Shown in pieces: positions 25,590 to 38,694 of a stretch of 64,000 bases of DNA (position 1 is the first letter of the stretch; every line of letters begins with the position of its first letter). Below the pieces are notes generated by a model. The model was not told where the DNA came from. It searched no databases and saw only the letters and a program-made list of their open reading frames with translations. The stretch lies in contig NC_092345.1 of assembly GCF_963676685.1 (NCBI RefSeq), positions 106,144,001 to 106,208,000 on the forward strand, in the 5' to 3' direction. The DNA comes from Mytilus edulis (lineage: Eukaryota). The position numbers were made by a program, and so were the translations under genes.

Positions 25590-26690
25590 GATCAATGCGT
25601 TTGAATCCTAAGAATTCAATTTTTGTTGAAATGAAACAAAGTTCAATTTTTGACCCTTTGGATCTTAATGTAAACCAATTTGAAAAAGGGACAATCCTGT
25701 GCAATTGAATATTTCTTGCTATTGTGCAATACTGTGCAATTAAAAATTTCTTGCTATTGCACAATACTGTGCAATTGGAGATTTCTTGCTATTGTGCAAT
25801 ACTGTGCAATTGAAAATTTCTTGGTATTGAACAATACTGTGCAATTGAAGATTTCTTGCTATTGCAGAATACTGCGCAATTGAAAATTTCTTGCTATTGC
25901 ACAATACTCAGTTAGTATAATAATTTTTGACCCCGATTTGGACCAACATGAAAACTGGGCCCATAATCAAAAATCTAAGTACATGTTAAGACTCACCATA
26001 TCAAAGAACCCCAAGAATTCAATTTTTATTAAAATCAAGCTTATTTTAATTTTGGACCCTTTGGACTTTAATGTAGACCAATTAGAAAACAGGACCTAAA
26101 ATTAAGAATTTGGACATGGTTAGATTTGGCATATCAAAGAAGCACAATACCGTATTTCATTTTTTTGATGAAATCAAACAAAGTTTAATTTTGGCCCCTT
26201 ATTCCTTGGGACCAAAATTAATCCAAACCTACCTTTTGTGGTCATAAACCTTTATAGATTTCAATTAACTTATACTAAAGTTATTGTTCAAAAACCAAGA
26301 AAAATGCTTATTTGGGGCCTGTTTTTTGGCCCCTAAATCCTACACTGTTGGAACTAAAATTACCAAAATCTATCCCAACCCTCCTTATGTGGCCATAGAC
26401 CTTATGTTAAAATATCATAGATTTCTGTTAACCAACTTAAGTTATAGAGCAAAAACCAAGAACAATGCTAATTTGGCCCCTTATTCCTAAACTGTTGAGA
26501 CCAAAATACCCCAAATCAATCCCACCCTTCCTTTCATGGTCATAAATCTTGTGTCTAAATTTCATATATTTCCATTTTACTTTTACTGAAGTTAGAGTGC
26601 GAAAACCGAATGTCTTTGGATGAAGACGATGATGCCAACGTGATACCAATGTACAACCAAAAAGTTTTCAATTTTTGCGGTTGTATAAAA
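25590..26690. mobile_element. Helentron/pearl-like non-autonomous element with internal 35-bp tandem array
   Basis: Internal repeats (AAGAATTCAATTTTT...TTGGACCCTTTGG), a ~6-copy GTGCAATTGAAAATTTCTTGCTATTGTGCAATACT array at ~25699-25910, and a terminal hairpin followed by GTATAAAA at ~26650-26690. Similar ends occur at ~27600-27632 and ~32670-32702. The family assignment is inferred from structure. Confidence 0.45.
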
Positions 26691-28778
26691 TGATGTCAAA
26701 TCAAATTTTTAATGGAGTTTGCAACAGTAATTATTCAACTACTCATTTTAATACATCATAAAGTATTAAAGTGTAAATGTCATACAGTCATGGTGATGAT
26801 GCCTCCGCTAGCATATAACGTTATAAAGGTACATAAATCAAGAACTGTAAAAGTGAAGCTGCTAAAAATTGAACTTAAACCAAGTTTAGAGGTACCGGTA
26901 ATAAGCATTTGTATACACATTTCACTAAATTTAGTTGAGACAAACTTGAGAAATTTTTCCATTTGTGAAAGGGGATAACCCTAGAATGATAATCAAAGTG
27001 CTTGTAATCACTGAATGGCTATTAAAGACTGCTTAAATTTATCAGTTGGTAGTAAAGTGAATTTTGCATTGTATATTGTATACATAGCATTATTTTAAGT
27101 CGATTCAACTACTTTTCTGGACAGAGACAGATAACTCCAATTTTCAAAGAAGATTTCATAAAGCAATGGTTTTAGGTAATATTAATTCAACAACCATTCT
27201 GGACAAAGAAAGATAACTCCAATTTATTGCCTTGAATCTACAAAAATGTTTGTTTTTGGCCCTCAATTCCTCGACTGTTTGCCCCATAACCCACAAAATA
27301 GACCCCAAACTTCTACTTATGGTATTAAATATTATGGTACAGTTTCAAAACAATTGAAATACTTATACACAACTTTTTGTACTGACACAAGATTAATGCT
27401 TGTTTTGGGCACCTTTGGAACCCTTATTCATAAACCTTAGGGACTATATATATATAACCGCCCCAAAACAATCCCAAGCTTCCTTTTATGATTATAAATA
27501 TTATGTTATAATTTAATGGCTTCCTTTTTACTTATACTGAAGTTATTATCTGGAAACCATCCGTCTTGGGAAGACGACGACAGGATACCTACATGTATTT
27601 CAACTGCAAAAATTTCTGTGGTTGTATAAAAATTTCAAATATGTACAATGAAATATAGTTTCAAAATTGATAAGCCTAGATAGGCCTTATAATTTTTTCC
27701 CCACATAGTTGAAGGACCATTTACACTCAGGACTGAGTCATAAGTAGGCAGTAAAGTCTACAGATGTATTAAAACAACCTAGCATCATATTGCTAGTAGT
27801 GGGAGTAGCATTCTTGGGTAAATTTGTTCTTTTTTTATATAATATGTTTGGTTCAAATCAAAATAGAATGCTTTTATCTCCCTAATACTTACATTGTAAA
27901 TAGAGGTGGTACTACTTTGACAAATCCTTGTACATGAGAGTCTTCTGTCAAATCTTTATTTCACAAAGAATGAATTGCATAACAATGAACTGAGCTCAAA
28001 GCAAAGTACTTTAATAATACACTTAGACAAAGAGCTAAATCCAGTGATATACTTTGTACTACTGGTCCTTCATTAACATCCATTGACCAAAACCACATCT
28101 CAACGACATTCCATACTACATGGTTGGATTCGGAAGTCCTGAAAAAGACATGATTTTTTTTAACATATTTTAAGTATATATATACATGATATACACAGGT
28201 TAAAACTTTCTTGTTGTATAATCATTCCGTATCTAGCAACTATCAATTTGCTTAATGCACATATTGATATATGTTGAGTGTACCTCTGTTGGAAATAAGA
28301 ACACACAAACCTCCACCTAGTTTTAGTCAATGGACAAAACATTCAAAACTATAAAATATTATAGATCTAAGACTTGTCAGTGTCTATTTACCATTGCCAC
28401 TGAATCAGTGATATATGTATTGTACACATAATTATATACATGCAAGACTAAAATTATAAAGTACATACATGTTTGTATATAAGACTAAAACTGACATTCA
28501 GTCTTTACAACATCTTCATTCCCAAAGTCATTTTCAAATCTGACTTCATGGTAAAATAAGATTCCATATCTACAACCAATTAAAAGGAAAAATCCCTCTG
28601 ATAGACTAGCATTTAAATCCGATTTCTAAAATGGAAGCTAGGTCACCTTGGAACTTAGAACTAAAAAAAATCAAACAATATATCTGATATATTTCAAATG
28701 CATGTACATGAAATAATATAAATCTCTAAAATTCACCATATTGTTCCCTTTTTCATCTTCTGTTAGATACTGTATATC

Positions 28779-28922
28779 CAGTGGCGGATCCAGAAATTTT
28801 TTTAAGTGGGGGCCCACTGACTGACCTAAGAGGGGGCTCGCTCAAGTCATGATTCAGTGATTCCCTATATAAGCAACCAAATTTTGTCTCAAAAAGCAGG
28901 CCCCCCCCTAAATCTGCCTCTG
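28779..28922. mobile_element. Short MITE (CAGTGGCGGAT...ATCTGCCTCTG)
   Basis: Imperfect TIR with CAG/CTG ends; ATATC duplicated at 28774-78 and 28923-27. Confidence 0.6.
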
Positions 28923-29685
28923 ATATCAACCTCTAGATGTCTTTCAATTACATTCAGTTTAGTGTGGGTTGATCTTTGATTGTTGTACATGTTACAACCA
29001 GATTCCCGGCAGGGGGCAACTTTGTAAGACCGCAGAGGTTCAAGCTTAGATTTTGAAATAAGGGGGAAAATGTAACCTTTTCAATTTATAAAACAGGTTC
29101 AACATCATTTCTGTACATATATAAACATATTCTAAATTGTGGACACACCTTCATTAAATATTCTACTTCAATTAGTGGAGGAGATCAAATTAAAAAGTTG
29201 CAATGGTTAAATACTCCAATCACAGTCTTTCCTGCTAAAATCTCATGTGTAGAATGTGATAAACGGTTTTTGGGTCTATATATTGTCCTTGATATTGAGG
29301 TTATCTTGACACAGCAAAATATAAAGAAAATGTAAACTATGATCTGGAAATTGACTTCGTTTTCCCAAAATAAGCCCACTTAAACTGAACTTTAAATGCA
29401 AAAGACCTCTAAACAGATATTGCTATATAAAAGAATAGTCCATGATTATACATGTATAATGATATTAAAGAATTCATGAAATTTACACTGATTCTGTCAG
29501 TTGAATGGACTAGAATGAGATAAGTTATATACATGATAGACATAAAGGTTTTTTCCAACAGTTGTGGTGTAAATTAATTCAGTTGTATTTTATGGTTGAT
29601 ATATTTATGTATATACATGTATGTAAATCATTGGCTCTTCAACCAATGATATTTTACAATATCAATTATTTGTTTATTTTTCTAA

Positions 29686-30470
29686 GGCCTTTTTTTTTTA
29701 ATTAGTTGGTTTACGGATCCGCCGACCCGATTTTGTTTAAAAGTGAAATAAAATTAAAATTTTGATTTCGTGTTGTTTTTTATTCCGCCGACCCGATTTT
29801 TCGAGTGCTGTGAATAAAAAAATCCGAGGCGTTCCAAAACGTTTTGTCTGTGTCAATAAAGCGTTTGTAGTGAACGGCGTATTTTGAAAAGCTTCGAAAT
29901 GACGCAGACGAATTCAAAAACCCAACGAGGGAGGACCATGGAGTCTGACGGCTTCATCTACTTTCAGTTGAATATTAACTTTGATGGTCAACGTACTGAG
30001 AGCACTTTTATCAAATGCAAACCTAAGCAAACAATCGGCGATGCCATATTCGACAATATGGCTGATGAAAATGTTGCCATTGTCAAGGTACAAACAGTTT
30101 CGCCACCAAACAAAACTAGGGCAGACACCCCTACCAGTACACCCGTAGAAGTGCTTGCGTCCTTTTATTCTCATCCTAATTATGCATCTGATTAGCCACT
30201 AGACATTAAACAACAATTGACCATCCATCCATCAAATGCAAAGCATATCAAGATAAGAGCTAAACTATTTCTCCTCCTCAACCCCTGTAATGTCATGAAT
30301 GAACAGCATTTTTTTTTTTTTTTCCTCCAACTCAAATTTTTCAGAACAGTTATACGTGAACAAAAAAAAAATCTAAGATTGCTATTTTATTTTTATTTTT
30401 TTTACCTCCTCCGACCCTAACCTTTGACACTAGTTGTCCGTAAACCAACTAATTAAAAAAAAAAAAGGCC
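29686..30470. mobile_element. PIF/Harbinger-like non-autonomous DNA transposon
   Basis: TIRs GGCC(T)nAATTAGTTGGTTTACGGA / TCCGTAAACCAACTAATT(A)nGGCC, with TAA duplicated on both sides (29683-85 and 30471-73). A TWA TSD is characteristic of PIF/Harbinger. Confidence 0.8.
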
Positions 30471-32321
30471 TAATGTTGGTATTTTTCAGCATACTAAAAA
30501 TGTTTTAGCACAACACGAGCACAAGCTTTATAGGGTGTCCTCACACAGGGTTTCCGCTGGCCGTCGCCATTTTTCCCAATTTGCGAAAAAATAATACTTG
30601 TGGCGATGAAAATTCGTCATTTGCTTAAGAATTTGGCGAAAGAAATATATAGAAAGATTTATTTTCCTCCTTCTTATTTATTTACTTTTTTCGAGTTTCT
30701 CAGACTTTAACTTATCAGACAATACTCGGAATTCACCTTGACCTCATTAAGATTTTGACAGAAAATCAATTATCAGCTGATTGCAATTTACAGCTATCGA
30801 CAACAAAGGACTAATTAATAAAGGTGTTGATTGAATTGTTTGTCAAAATGATATGGTTGAATGACTTCCACTAAATGTCACATACAGGAGTTATTTACCA
30901 CTTTTCGACTCATGTGTTTGAAGAACTCTTTTGACGTCTCCTCTCCATGTAAAGATAGTTTAGAAAAGAAAGTTGTTGTTGTGACAATAAATGTTAAAGG
31001 GCAAGAAAAATCTCCGATTTAAAACTTGAATTATCCTTCGACTTTGATGTAAGTAATTGATCAGGGAGACTACTTTAAAGTCGTTTGAGTGACACACGTG
31101 TTTCAAGCATAGTTTACCGTCTAAACTATTTCATTTAAGATGGTCAAGAAAAGATGGTCAAGATGGTGGTTATGAAGAAGGGGGGGGGGAATGCATTCTG
31201 GCATCACAATTTCAAATGACAGAGGATAACATATGATCTGTCCATATACATGTATGGGGGTATCTTATTGAAGTATTCTTGCCAAATGAAGATTAAACAG
31301 TAATTCTTAGACATGACAATAAAAGAGGGGGGATAGGACCTTTATCAGGACTCCGGGATCGGGTGTTTTTAAGCTCGGGATTATCCCCCCTCATAAAATG
31401 TACACTTTTTTCAAGACGATTAAAAAATCAGCTGAATTTGACAAATCACACTATTTGTTTTCCAAAAATAACTGTAATTGGATGGGGGTTCTGTGTACAA
31501 ATGGTGTATTCACATTATTTTAACAACTCTCCTTGGGCCGAGAAAAAAAAATCTGTGTTTCAGGTAACCTGACCGACCCTGTTTTTTAGCCCCGACCCTA
31601 ACTTTTTTATTGGATCTTTCAAAAAAAAAAAAACAATAATAATTATCACACGACCCTGTTTTTGACACAGGCTTCTGATAAATGACATAATATTTTTTCT
31701 CTCTTGCTTCCTCTTGCATAGAAAGCCAGTAAAACATTTTATTAATGTCAAAAGGTATTCCAAATAGATTAAAATCCAAGAAATTTGCACAGCAGGTGCT
31801 TCAAAAACATTGCAAATGGCCCAAGACCACAATTAATGACCCCGCTTTTCGTTGTTCACGAATGTAGTTCCTTTTAATTAGAGTGTATTTTTCCTTAATT
31901 TTTTTTCTTTCCCTTCCCCACTCATTTCTTAGATTTTATTGGGTGGAAATGAAAGATGAGAGGTAAAATAATTTTTTGGATGTTGTATTTTAACTCATTT
32001 TGATATGGAATGAGTGATTAGGCCAAGTGCAAAAAGGTCATATTTACAGTTTTCGGAACATCTCTTGACTTGTCCATAGGGGTATGGATGTATATTGGCT
32101 AAATTTGTAAAAGTGATTGCTTCAATCTTTCTGAATTTTGGATATATTTTTGGACTAGTGCTATACATAAGACACACAAAAAATTTGACAAAAGTGCATG
32201 GTGCAATTTTTTTAATGATACAAAATGTTCTAAAGAAATGATAGAGAAATTAATTGTGGTCTGTGGCCAAATGGCACACTTCCGGTTTTTGAAACTAATT
32301 ATGGATCCGGACTTGGAAAAA

Positions 32322-32702
32322 ACATGATAAATACTTAATAACTCAAATATGAAATTTTGAATCATCACCAAAAAGTATACAGATATTTAGATTAATGTAA
32401 CTAAGAAGTGTTTAAAGTTTTAAGCCATAATCAAGAATTGTTTTTGAGATACGGTGTGACATGTGAAAAAAACACCCCCCTGTTTAAGTTACAATGTGCC
32501 GTAACTCAAAAAGTTTTAATCTTATTTTCACCAAAAAGTATACAGATCATGTGACCATCATAAGAAACAACTATATTAAGTTTCATGAAATTTGGATAAG
32601 TCGTTCTCAAGTTACGGTGCCACATGTTTACGCTGGACAGACAGACGGACACCTGACATTTGTATACCATAATAGGTCCCGTCTTTGACGGACGTATAAA
32701 AA
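32322..32702. mobile_element. Pearl/HINE-like element
   Basis: Duplicated core (TCACCAAAAAGTATACAGAT), a GACAGACAGACGGAC microsatellite and a terminal hairpin CCCGTCTTTGACGGACGTATAAAAA. Confidence 0.45.
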
Positions 32703-33416
32703 GCAGTACTAAGCGTGCATGTTACGCTAGAAACATATTCAAAGAATACAGTTTTATAACTTCTTAATGTCATATCCAATATTTATCAAAACCTAAAGGG
32801 GAGTTACATGTATCTTACTTCCTATGTTTTTTCGTGGATGTCAATACACCTAATCGCTATTTATTCCATACCGGATGAATTCTAAAATTACACAACTTTT
32901 TCATCCAGTTGAAGCTATCTGGGGGCCGTTGAAACAATTCACCATGCACAATACTTTTTAATGAGACCCGTTTTAACTTATTGTAAATACTTAAAACAAA
33001 ATAATTTTTTACTTCAATTTTCAATTTCGAAAAATAGTGGATTATTAACTATTCAAGTTTCTTGATGATCGCTTTCTAAAGTTTTTCCTCCCTCAGCTCT
33101 CTAGTAAAAAACCTTTATTTTCAGTCGCATGACCCAAACAGAAAGTTGTACATACAGTGTATTACTGTTTTTCCCAGATTGGACTAAATAGCGATAATTA
33201 AATAAAGTGTAATTTCCGGGATTGTTGAAAACTTGCATATTCATCACTATCTGATTTTGTGGTTTTAACAATCCAGACAGACAAATAGCAATAAGGTGTT
33301 TAGAAAAAGATGACCTAAAACCTCCTTCATATAAGACAAAAAAACATGGGAACTCATACTGAATGGTCAAATGTGTTCAATATGAAAATTTGGTAAAATC
33401 ACAAATCAGCCGTTAA

Positions 33417-34089
33417 CAGGTCAGGAATAACCACCAATTGGTGGATTATACCTCAATTGACGTATAATCCACCAATTGACGTATAATGGTATAGACCAAT
33501 TGGTGTATAATTCTTTGTTTTTCAAAAGAAATTATTCTATCAAAATGGAGCATTGTTTTCTTAAAACCATATTATGGTATGAAAACTTGCCAAACATTCC
33601 TAGTTTAGTATAGTGACATAACATATTGCATTTAATCAATAATTGTATTTGCAGTTTCTTCTATTGTTATCTTGTCAATTCTTGATTGGCAAATTTACCT
33701 GTAATCATCTGTCAATGGACATCATTACTGTTTGCAGTCATGCGATCATGAGTACTACTCCACAGGTGAAAGGAGCTCTTTGTTAATACTCGACTTTCAT
33801 TATTAAAAGTCAATCATGGTCAATAGTACAAATGTTTCAACAAAAGAATTGCTGTACACATGCATTCTCAAGAGATGCAGCAGGCTTTGACAAAACTGAA
33901 ACTTTCAGAGGACTCAATAAGGGTCATAAAATAGGTTGCAAGTTGCAAAATCATGCTCCTATCGCACACTAGCATTTTATTACAAAAAAATTGCATTATA
34001 CGTCAATTGGTCTATACCAATATACCTCAATTGGTGGATTATACGTCAATTGAGGTATAATCCACCAATTGGTGGTTATTCCTGACCTG
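33417..34089. mobile_element. Non-autonomous TIR element (CAGG...CCTG, 5-bp TSD; hAT5-like)
   Basis: ~50-bp perfect TIR CAGGTCAGGAATAACCACCAATTGGTGGATTATACCTCAATTGACGTATAA, subterminal CAATTG repeats, and GTTAA on both flanks. Confidence 0.75.
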
Positions 34090-35106
34090 GTTAATGTAAA
34101 TGGACTATAAGTATGACTTTTGAGCAAATTTAAAGGGAAATGACGGGGAAGGGGCAAATTAGCTTTCAAGGGGAGCAAATGCTGTTTAAATTGGTAAGCG
34201 GGTTTTAAATATAGAGGGAAAGTGGAGTCATCTTTTTAGACTTTAGTTACATGTAAATATAACTTATGTAGACTTACCTTCTAATACTATAGACTATTAA
34301 AAAAAAACCACACACACAACTCGGAACTATTTCTAATTCACTTGGACTACTGATATGCAAACCTAAAAACAAAAAGAAAAATATCATAAAATAGTGATTG
34401 AAAGATTCATAACACTTTAAAAGGATAATTCAGACACGTGTTACACGGGGAGCATGTTTGTTTACATATAATAATGTCACGTGATCGCGCACTGACCTCG
34501 CATGCTGCATCGCCCTTACAATTCACTAATACATGTACATAACCATTTTCATGCAAACATGCAACGTGAATGTGATTGGTTATCAAATAATACAAAAATA
34601 ATGCATGAACCGTTGAAGAAGAAATTATTTCATCAAATAGAGTGGATTTTCACTTTCGACACGAATAGGTCGAGTTGACATTCCTGTCATCGGAGATAGT
34701 ATTGAGATAAAAGGGATAACACGGACCGTCAAAAAGGTCTAGAGAATCACATCAGTAGAACCTTAACATAAATAAGTAATACTTGCCAACATTTCTCTAA
34801 TTGATAACCTATAGAACTGAAATTTCACAAAAATACCGGTAAATAATTTTGTTGTGATGCTGGTTAAATTGGCGCTAAATAAATATTCTTACTCCTATTG
34901 CTTCATGTAAAAAAAAATGTATAGAATTGAATTCGACTACAGTTCAGAATAAAAAATAGAGAATATGCAAAAGCCAGGTAATATGTTAATGATAAAGTGT
35001 GTATAAATTTTCGTAAACGAAGTTACCCGTATACTTCCCCAAGAATTACATTTGAGCGCAAAGTTCTGTAATTGTGTGATATGGTTTTGGGTTTATGTAA
35101 CATAAT

Positions 35107-35174
35107 TTAGACTGGGATCCTGGCTAATCTTGACCTTACGACGCGCAGCTAGATTGGGCCGGATCCCAGTCTAA
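35107..35174. mobile_element. ~68-bp hairpin MITE
   Basis: TTAGACTGGGATCC...GGATCCCAGTCTAA terminal inverted repeat. Confidence 0.55.
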
Positions 35175-35749
35175 TGTAACATCGTTGCTATTAGATCATT
35201 GAGGCCATCTATTTTTATTGCGGGTTCCACATATTTAAATCGGAATTATAGAAAAAATGGAATGTTGTGAGCAGAATCAAAACAGAAATGATGAACACTG
35301 CAACATTTCCAGAAAAATATAAATAGGATGGAGGATCTGTGTATTCACATTATTTGTAAAACTCTCCTTATTCATGTGAAGCGTGTGCTTTACATCGAGG
35401 CTTATTCTTTACATCGAGGCTTATTATGCTAATCATTGACGCCACAGTACTTCAACCAATCAGACAATGTTTATTTGGGGCATTCGATCGATTTTAACTC
35501 AGATTTTGGAATATTTCAATCGAAATTATAGAAAAATGGAATGTTGCTGGTACATATAAAATAGAAAATGATGAATACTTTTAGCTAAAGATAATTTGGA
35601 TGGGGGTTCTGTGTATTCACATTATTTGCACAACTCTCCTTACTGATGCCATATTTTGGAATTTCCGTGACCTAAATGGTTCGCGAAAATTAATATTTTT
35701 ATATATAGTATAGTAATAACATTATAAGTTGAGCCATCAATTACACAGT

Positions 35750-36925
35750 TCATATATTGACATTATAATTGTTTCTTTCATTATACATTTCACTTATGTA
35801 GTTAACAATGATAAGTAAAATATCACATTCTTCGCAGGAAAATATAAAATCAAATTTGTTTTCTTCACTCATTGAATTAAAACAGGGGACAATACTAGAT
35901 ATTTCATCAAACATTTTGATCCTAGTTTTATTAATTTCTGAACATGTTATGATAAAATGAAATTCATCTTCCACCTCTTTATGGCATAAAGGACATATTC
36001 TATTTTCTAAAGCTGTTTTGTTGTATCTACCACGTTCAACAGCCAGCATACTATTGCTTATTCTTATTTTAGCATAATTTTTTGTAACATTTTTATCTAA
36101 ATTCAATAAAAGGTACTTTTCTAGTTCATACTTTACTTTAAATTTTCTGTAGGTTCTTAGTTTATTTCCATTTATTGAATTATCATCATTAAAGAGACAA
36201 TTTCTCCAAAATATAATGTAATTTTCATTGAGCTTAATTCTTCACGATGGCTAAAAGTAATCTTTTTTTAGAGAAAGTACATTGATTTTCCCAAACATGA
36301 GTGAAATTCAATTTTGAAAGTAGCATTTTAACTTTTGAAGCAAATCCATCATTTAACTGCTTGTTAGCTTTATAAACATTATATAATAATGACTCATTTT
36401 CATTTGACTTTAAAATATGTAACCAAAATCCTACAGAAGACTTAAGGGCCTGTATACCGTCCAATAGGGTACATTCCCAATTCAGCTAATACAGCTGTAT
36501 TTACTGCCTTTGAATTAACATTTAGAAGACCTTTCGCAAATTTGATCTGGAGTTTTACTGATTCCATAGATAAATATTGAGATTCAAGAGTTTTGTTGTT
36601 CTTCACAATATTTAGCGACCATATCTCACTACAATACAGTAATATTGGGGCCAGGCTAACACAAGAATTAAATAGTTTCATATGGGAAAAAACATTCATC
36701 TTATCTGAGTAGAGTATTTTTTTTATACAAAACAATGCCTTAGAAGCTTTTTTACATAGGAGATTTTCTTTGTACATATCTTTTATAATATTAAAGAATG
36801 GTCCATTTATGTTATATTCAGCAAGTTTGTGCAACAGAGCCTCTCTATTTATAGTGTCAAAAGCTTTTTTAAAATCAATAAAACATGCATATATTCTTTT
36901 GTTTGATTTAAAAGCCTTATCAATA
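35750..36925 (-). pseudogene. Decayed non-LTR retrotransposon RT 3' fragment
   Basis: Broken ORFs 36442-36834, 36234-36464 and 35750-36106, plus an upstream YACFIDFKKAFDTINREALLHKL. C-terminal ERGRY...RICPLC..EVEDEFHF zinc-knuckle. Frameshifts and an internal deletion are present. Confidence 0.8.
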
Positions 36926-38694
36926 ATGGAAGAGTTGCAAACTTTATGTATAATAAATTTGCAGTTCTCACTGATATTTCTACTAATTCATTGTCTGCAT
37001 ATACACGCTTTACATAACCTAAAATAAGTCAAAGGGGACTTTTCTTTACTTGTGCATGGGTTATAAATTAGATTCACCTTCGGATACATCCTATTAGTTA
37101 TAGTACTACTATAAACGTTTATCGCCCTCAGTGTGTGAAACTAATATATTAACATTTGTAACTACTCAACAGACAGATATATCTGTACTGAACGACCAAT
37201 TAATACCATGATTATGTGCACATGTATTTATCAATGATCATCAATAGATAAGCATTATAACAGATATAGTGTTGTGTATTATTTAAAGTTTTCCATTATA
37301 AAGACAACTGTCATCTTTCAAGCGGAAACTATACACAACCGGATTTTTTTGTTTGGACATTCCAGTTTAAGAGGTAGGTTAATCAATAAGCAGTTCGATA
37401 TTTATCAATATTTGATAACATAATAGCAGTCTCGATAGTGATAGATGCTGACCTTTATGCTCAATGTCACGCTTCGTTATTAATTTAAACCAGTTTTAAG
37501 GTAGGTGGTTATAAAGTATTGTATAATATATTCATGTACAAGTATGTGTCATCGCAGGTCACGAATCTCCATAATAAACATAAACAACACACACACACAT
37601 ACTTCAAAAACGTAACCCTCATGTAATATTAAACGGCATTGAAATAGCAACTCAAGAGTTCAGCTAAAGGTCAGCATGTGATGACTTGACAGTTGTAGTA
37701 GAAACATGCATGGCTTACTGTTTTGTATGATGCATTTGCAAATAAAATACAAAAAAACATTCATTTTAGTTACAATTGAGAAATTCTGTTTGGAGACGAT
37801 GATAATTTGGGATTGTTGGCTTTTGTCCAGTCATGTTATCTCAAGGAGAACACCACTAATATAACCCGAACACAAACAACTATCATAGGGTCAATAGTTC
37901 AGGTGAAGGTCAGTGTGACCTGGATATGGTATATGACACACATCCAGCAACTGATGCATCAGCATAAAAAGATGACCAACATAAGTTTTATTGTGAAAGA
38001 GTTATGTACAGGACACAAATCAGACGAGGTTTTCATATCATTGGGGCCAAGGGACATAGTCAAGGTCAGAAGGACTTAATATATATATATGACACACACT
38101 CAGCCAACGATGCATGAGCAAACCAAGTTGAGTCCACCTTAGTTCTATGTACAAAAGTTATGCCCTGGACACAAACTATACAAGGATAACGATTGGGATC
38201 AAAGGTCAAAGTCAACTTCAAAGTGACCTGCCTTTGGCATATAACACCACCCCATATCTAGCCCCATGATGAAACTGCATACCAAGTTTGGTTTATGTGT
38301 TTTACGGTACAAAAGTTATGAGTCGGATCTACAAGGATTAACTTTAATAAGAGTCAAGGTCAACTTTGATCAACTTAAGTGCAATGGTACAAAAGTTAAA
38401 CCCAAGTAAGGAAGCGGGACTGACGACCAGACGGTGACTTGAGAGACAGGCAAGCAGACTCAATAGTATTGCTTTCACCTAACAAAACCTGAATGAATTT
38501 AAAAGAGATTTTTTATAAACATGAGAGATGTCTTCTTCAAAACTACATTTAAACTTCAACACAAATACTAGTAAGCAAAACAAGACAATTTGTAATCAAA
38601 GACTAGAAAAGTGTCAGTGGTCATATCTATAATAGAAATAGAACAATTTTTCACTTCTAAAATTAATATGATTAATTATTTGCAGACAATTGAG

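Noticed and set aside
21500-34300. Additional protein-coding gene or snoRNA cluster
   Set aside because: Only short ORFs occur within repeats. I could not chain coding exons or find convincing C/D box pairs.
38611-38694. N-terminal extension of the aquaporin ORF (and read-through 39338-39459)
   Set aside because: It starts at a GTG and lies in intronic sequence upstream of the acceptor at 38685. The C-terminal read-through passes the donor at 39338.
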